A stretch of 64,000 bases of DNA from an uncultured Gemmatimonadales bacterium. Its GTDB lineage: Bacteria; Gemmatimonadota; Gemmatimonadetes; Longimicrobiales; RSA9. How positions within the stretch are numbered: the first letter of the stretch is position 1; each line of letters begins with the position of its first letter. A program made the position numbers and the translations under genes. A model generated the notes under the pieces. It saw nothing but the letters and a program-made list of their open reading frames with translations. It made no database searches and was not told where the DNA came from. This document shows, in pieces, positions 63,346 to 64,000 of the stretch. Where the stretch lies: contig CAWCRS010000001.1 in assembly GCA_963798085.1 (NCBI GenBank), positions 320,001-384,000 on the forward strand, in the 5' to 3' direction.

Positions 63346-64000
63346 TGCCGGCGACGATGCTCTTCCGGCTCTGGCTCGCCCTCTTCCCGCCCCGCTACCG
63401 CCGGCGTTTCGCGGACGAAGCGCTGGCCGGCTGGGAGCGCGCCCGATCCAACGCCTCGTTAGGGGGCCGCTCCGCTCTGGCGGCGTTCTGGCTGCACAAC
63501 TCGCTGGACGTGGTCAGCGCCGCCGGACACGAATGGCTGTCCGTGCTGCGCGGCCCGGTCGCGGCGCCGCGCGCTGGTCGCCTGCCGGGCCGTGGCGCCG
63601 GCGTGCTCGACGGCGTGAGCGGCGATGTGCGCAACGCCGCGCGCACACTCGCGCGCAGGCCCCTGCTCACGGGCATCATCATGCTGACGCTGGCGCTGGG
63701 CATTGGCGCCAATGCGGCTGTGTTCTCGCTGCTCGACGCGGTGCTGCTGCACCCGTTGCCGGTGCGCGATCCCGCCACGGTCGTCTCGGTCTTTCAGGCG
63801 CTCAATGCGCACACGCCCTATTTCGGTACCGCCTACCCCACGTGGCAGGACCTGCGCCGGGAAAGCAAGTCACTGCAGGACCTGGCCGCGTTCACCGTGC
63901 TGGATGTCGGGCTGCGCGCCGGTACGGCATCCGACCGCGTGGCTGCCGGCCTGGTAACGGGCAATTACTTCGCGGTACTGGGCGTGAACGCACAGCACGG
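63342..64000 (+). CDS. ADOP-type permease, 5' part (runs off the window)
   Basis: My translation from ATG 63342: MMPATMLFRLWLALFPPRYRRRFADE...DVRNAARTL..LALGIGANAAVFSLLDAVLL; not in the ORF track because there is no stop. Confidence 0.88.
   Translation, partial: MMPATMLFRLWLALFPPRYRRRFADEALAGWERARSNASLGGRSALAAFWLHNSLDVVSAAGHEWLSVLRGPVAAPRAGRLPGRGAGVLDGVSGDVRNAARTLARRPLLTGIIMLTLALGIGANAAVFSLLDAVLLHPLPVRDPATVVSVFQALNAHTPYFGTAYPTWQDLRRESKSLQDLAAFTVLDVGLRAGTASDRVAAGLVTGNYFAVLGVNAQH

Noticed and set aside
1..64000. Transposases, integrases, prophage or defence genes, tRNA/rRNA
   Set aside because: None recognised in the ORF track or by reading the sequence.

Overview
High-GC bacterial window. 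The gene content (many PadR / orphan MacB-FtsX 'ADOP' permease pairs, Gly/Arg-rich secreted peptidases, a VPS10/BNR protein, a DUF305-LVIVD pair) resembles Gemmatimonadota or Acidobacteriota; this taxon call is an inference. It holds 6 PadR regulators and 8 duplicated orphan ABC permeases (one frameshifted, one running off the end) plus a 3' remnant, with no MacB-type ATPase. Also present: secreted M14, M1 and M20 peptidases, an amidohydrolase, a degenerate secreted arginase, methyltransferases, an MFS/spermidine-synthase fusion, an ABC exporter with DUF1854, an ECF sigma/anti-sigma operon, and mntH-usp-mntR. No rRNA, tRNA, CRISPR array or transposase was recognised. Main leads: (1) PadR subtype co-varies with the N-terminal prefix type of the adjacent permease, suggesting cognate membrane-sensor/repressor pairs, with palindromic operators and internal start sites; (2) a stand-alone Cys-rich protein resembling the 'CAAPKL' deaminase-like domain of long RluA proteins; (3) a dispersed family of inverted ~20-bp repeat doublets (four copies, one with a compensatory change); (4) a ~490-bp nested palindrome. 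All family assignments are from motif recognition, not database searches.
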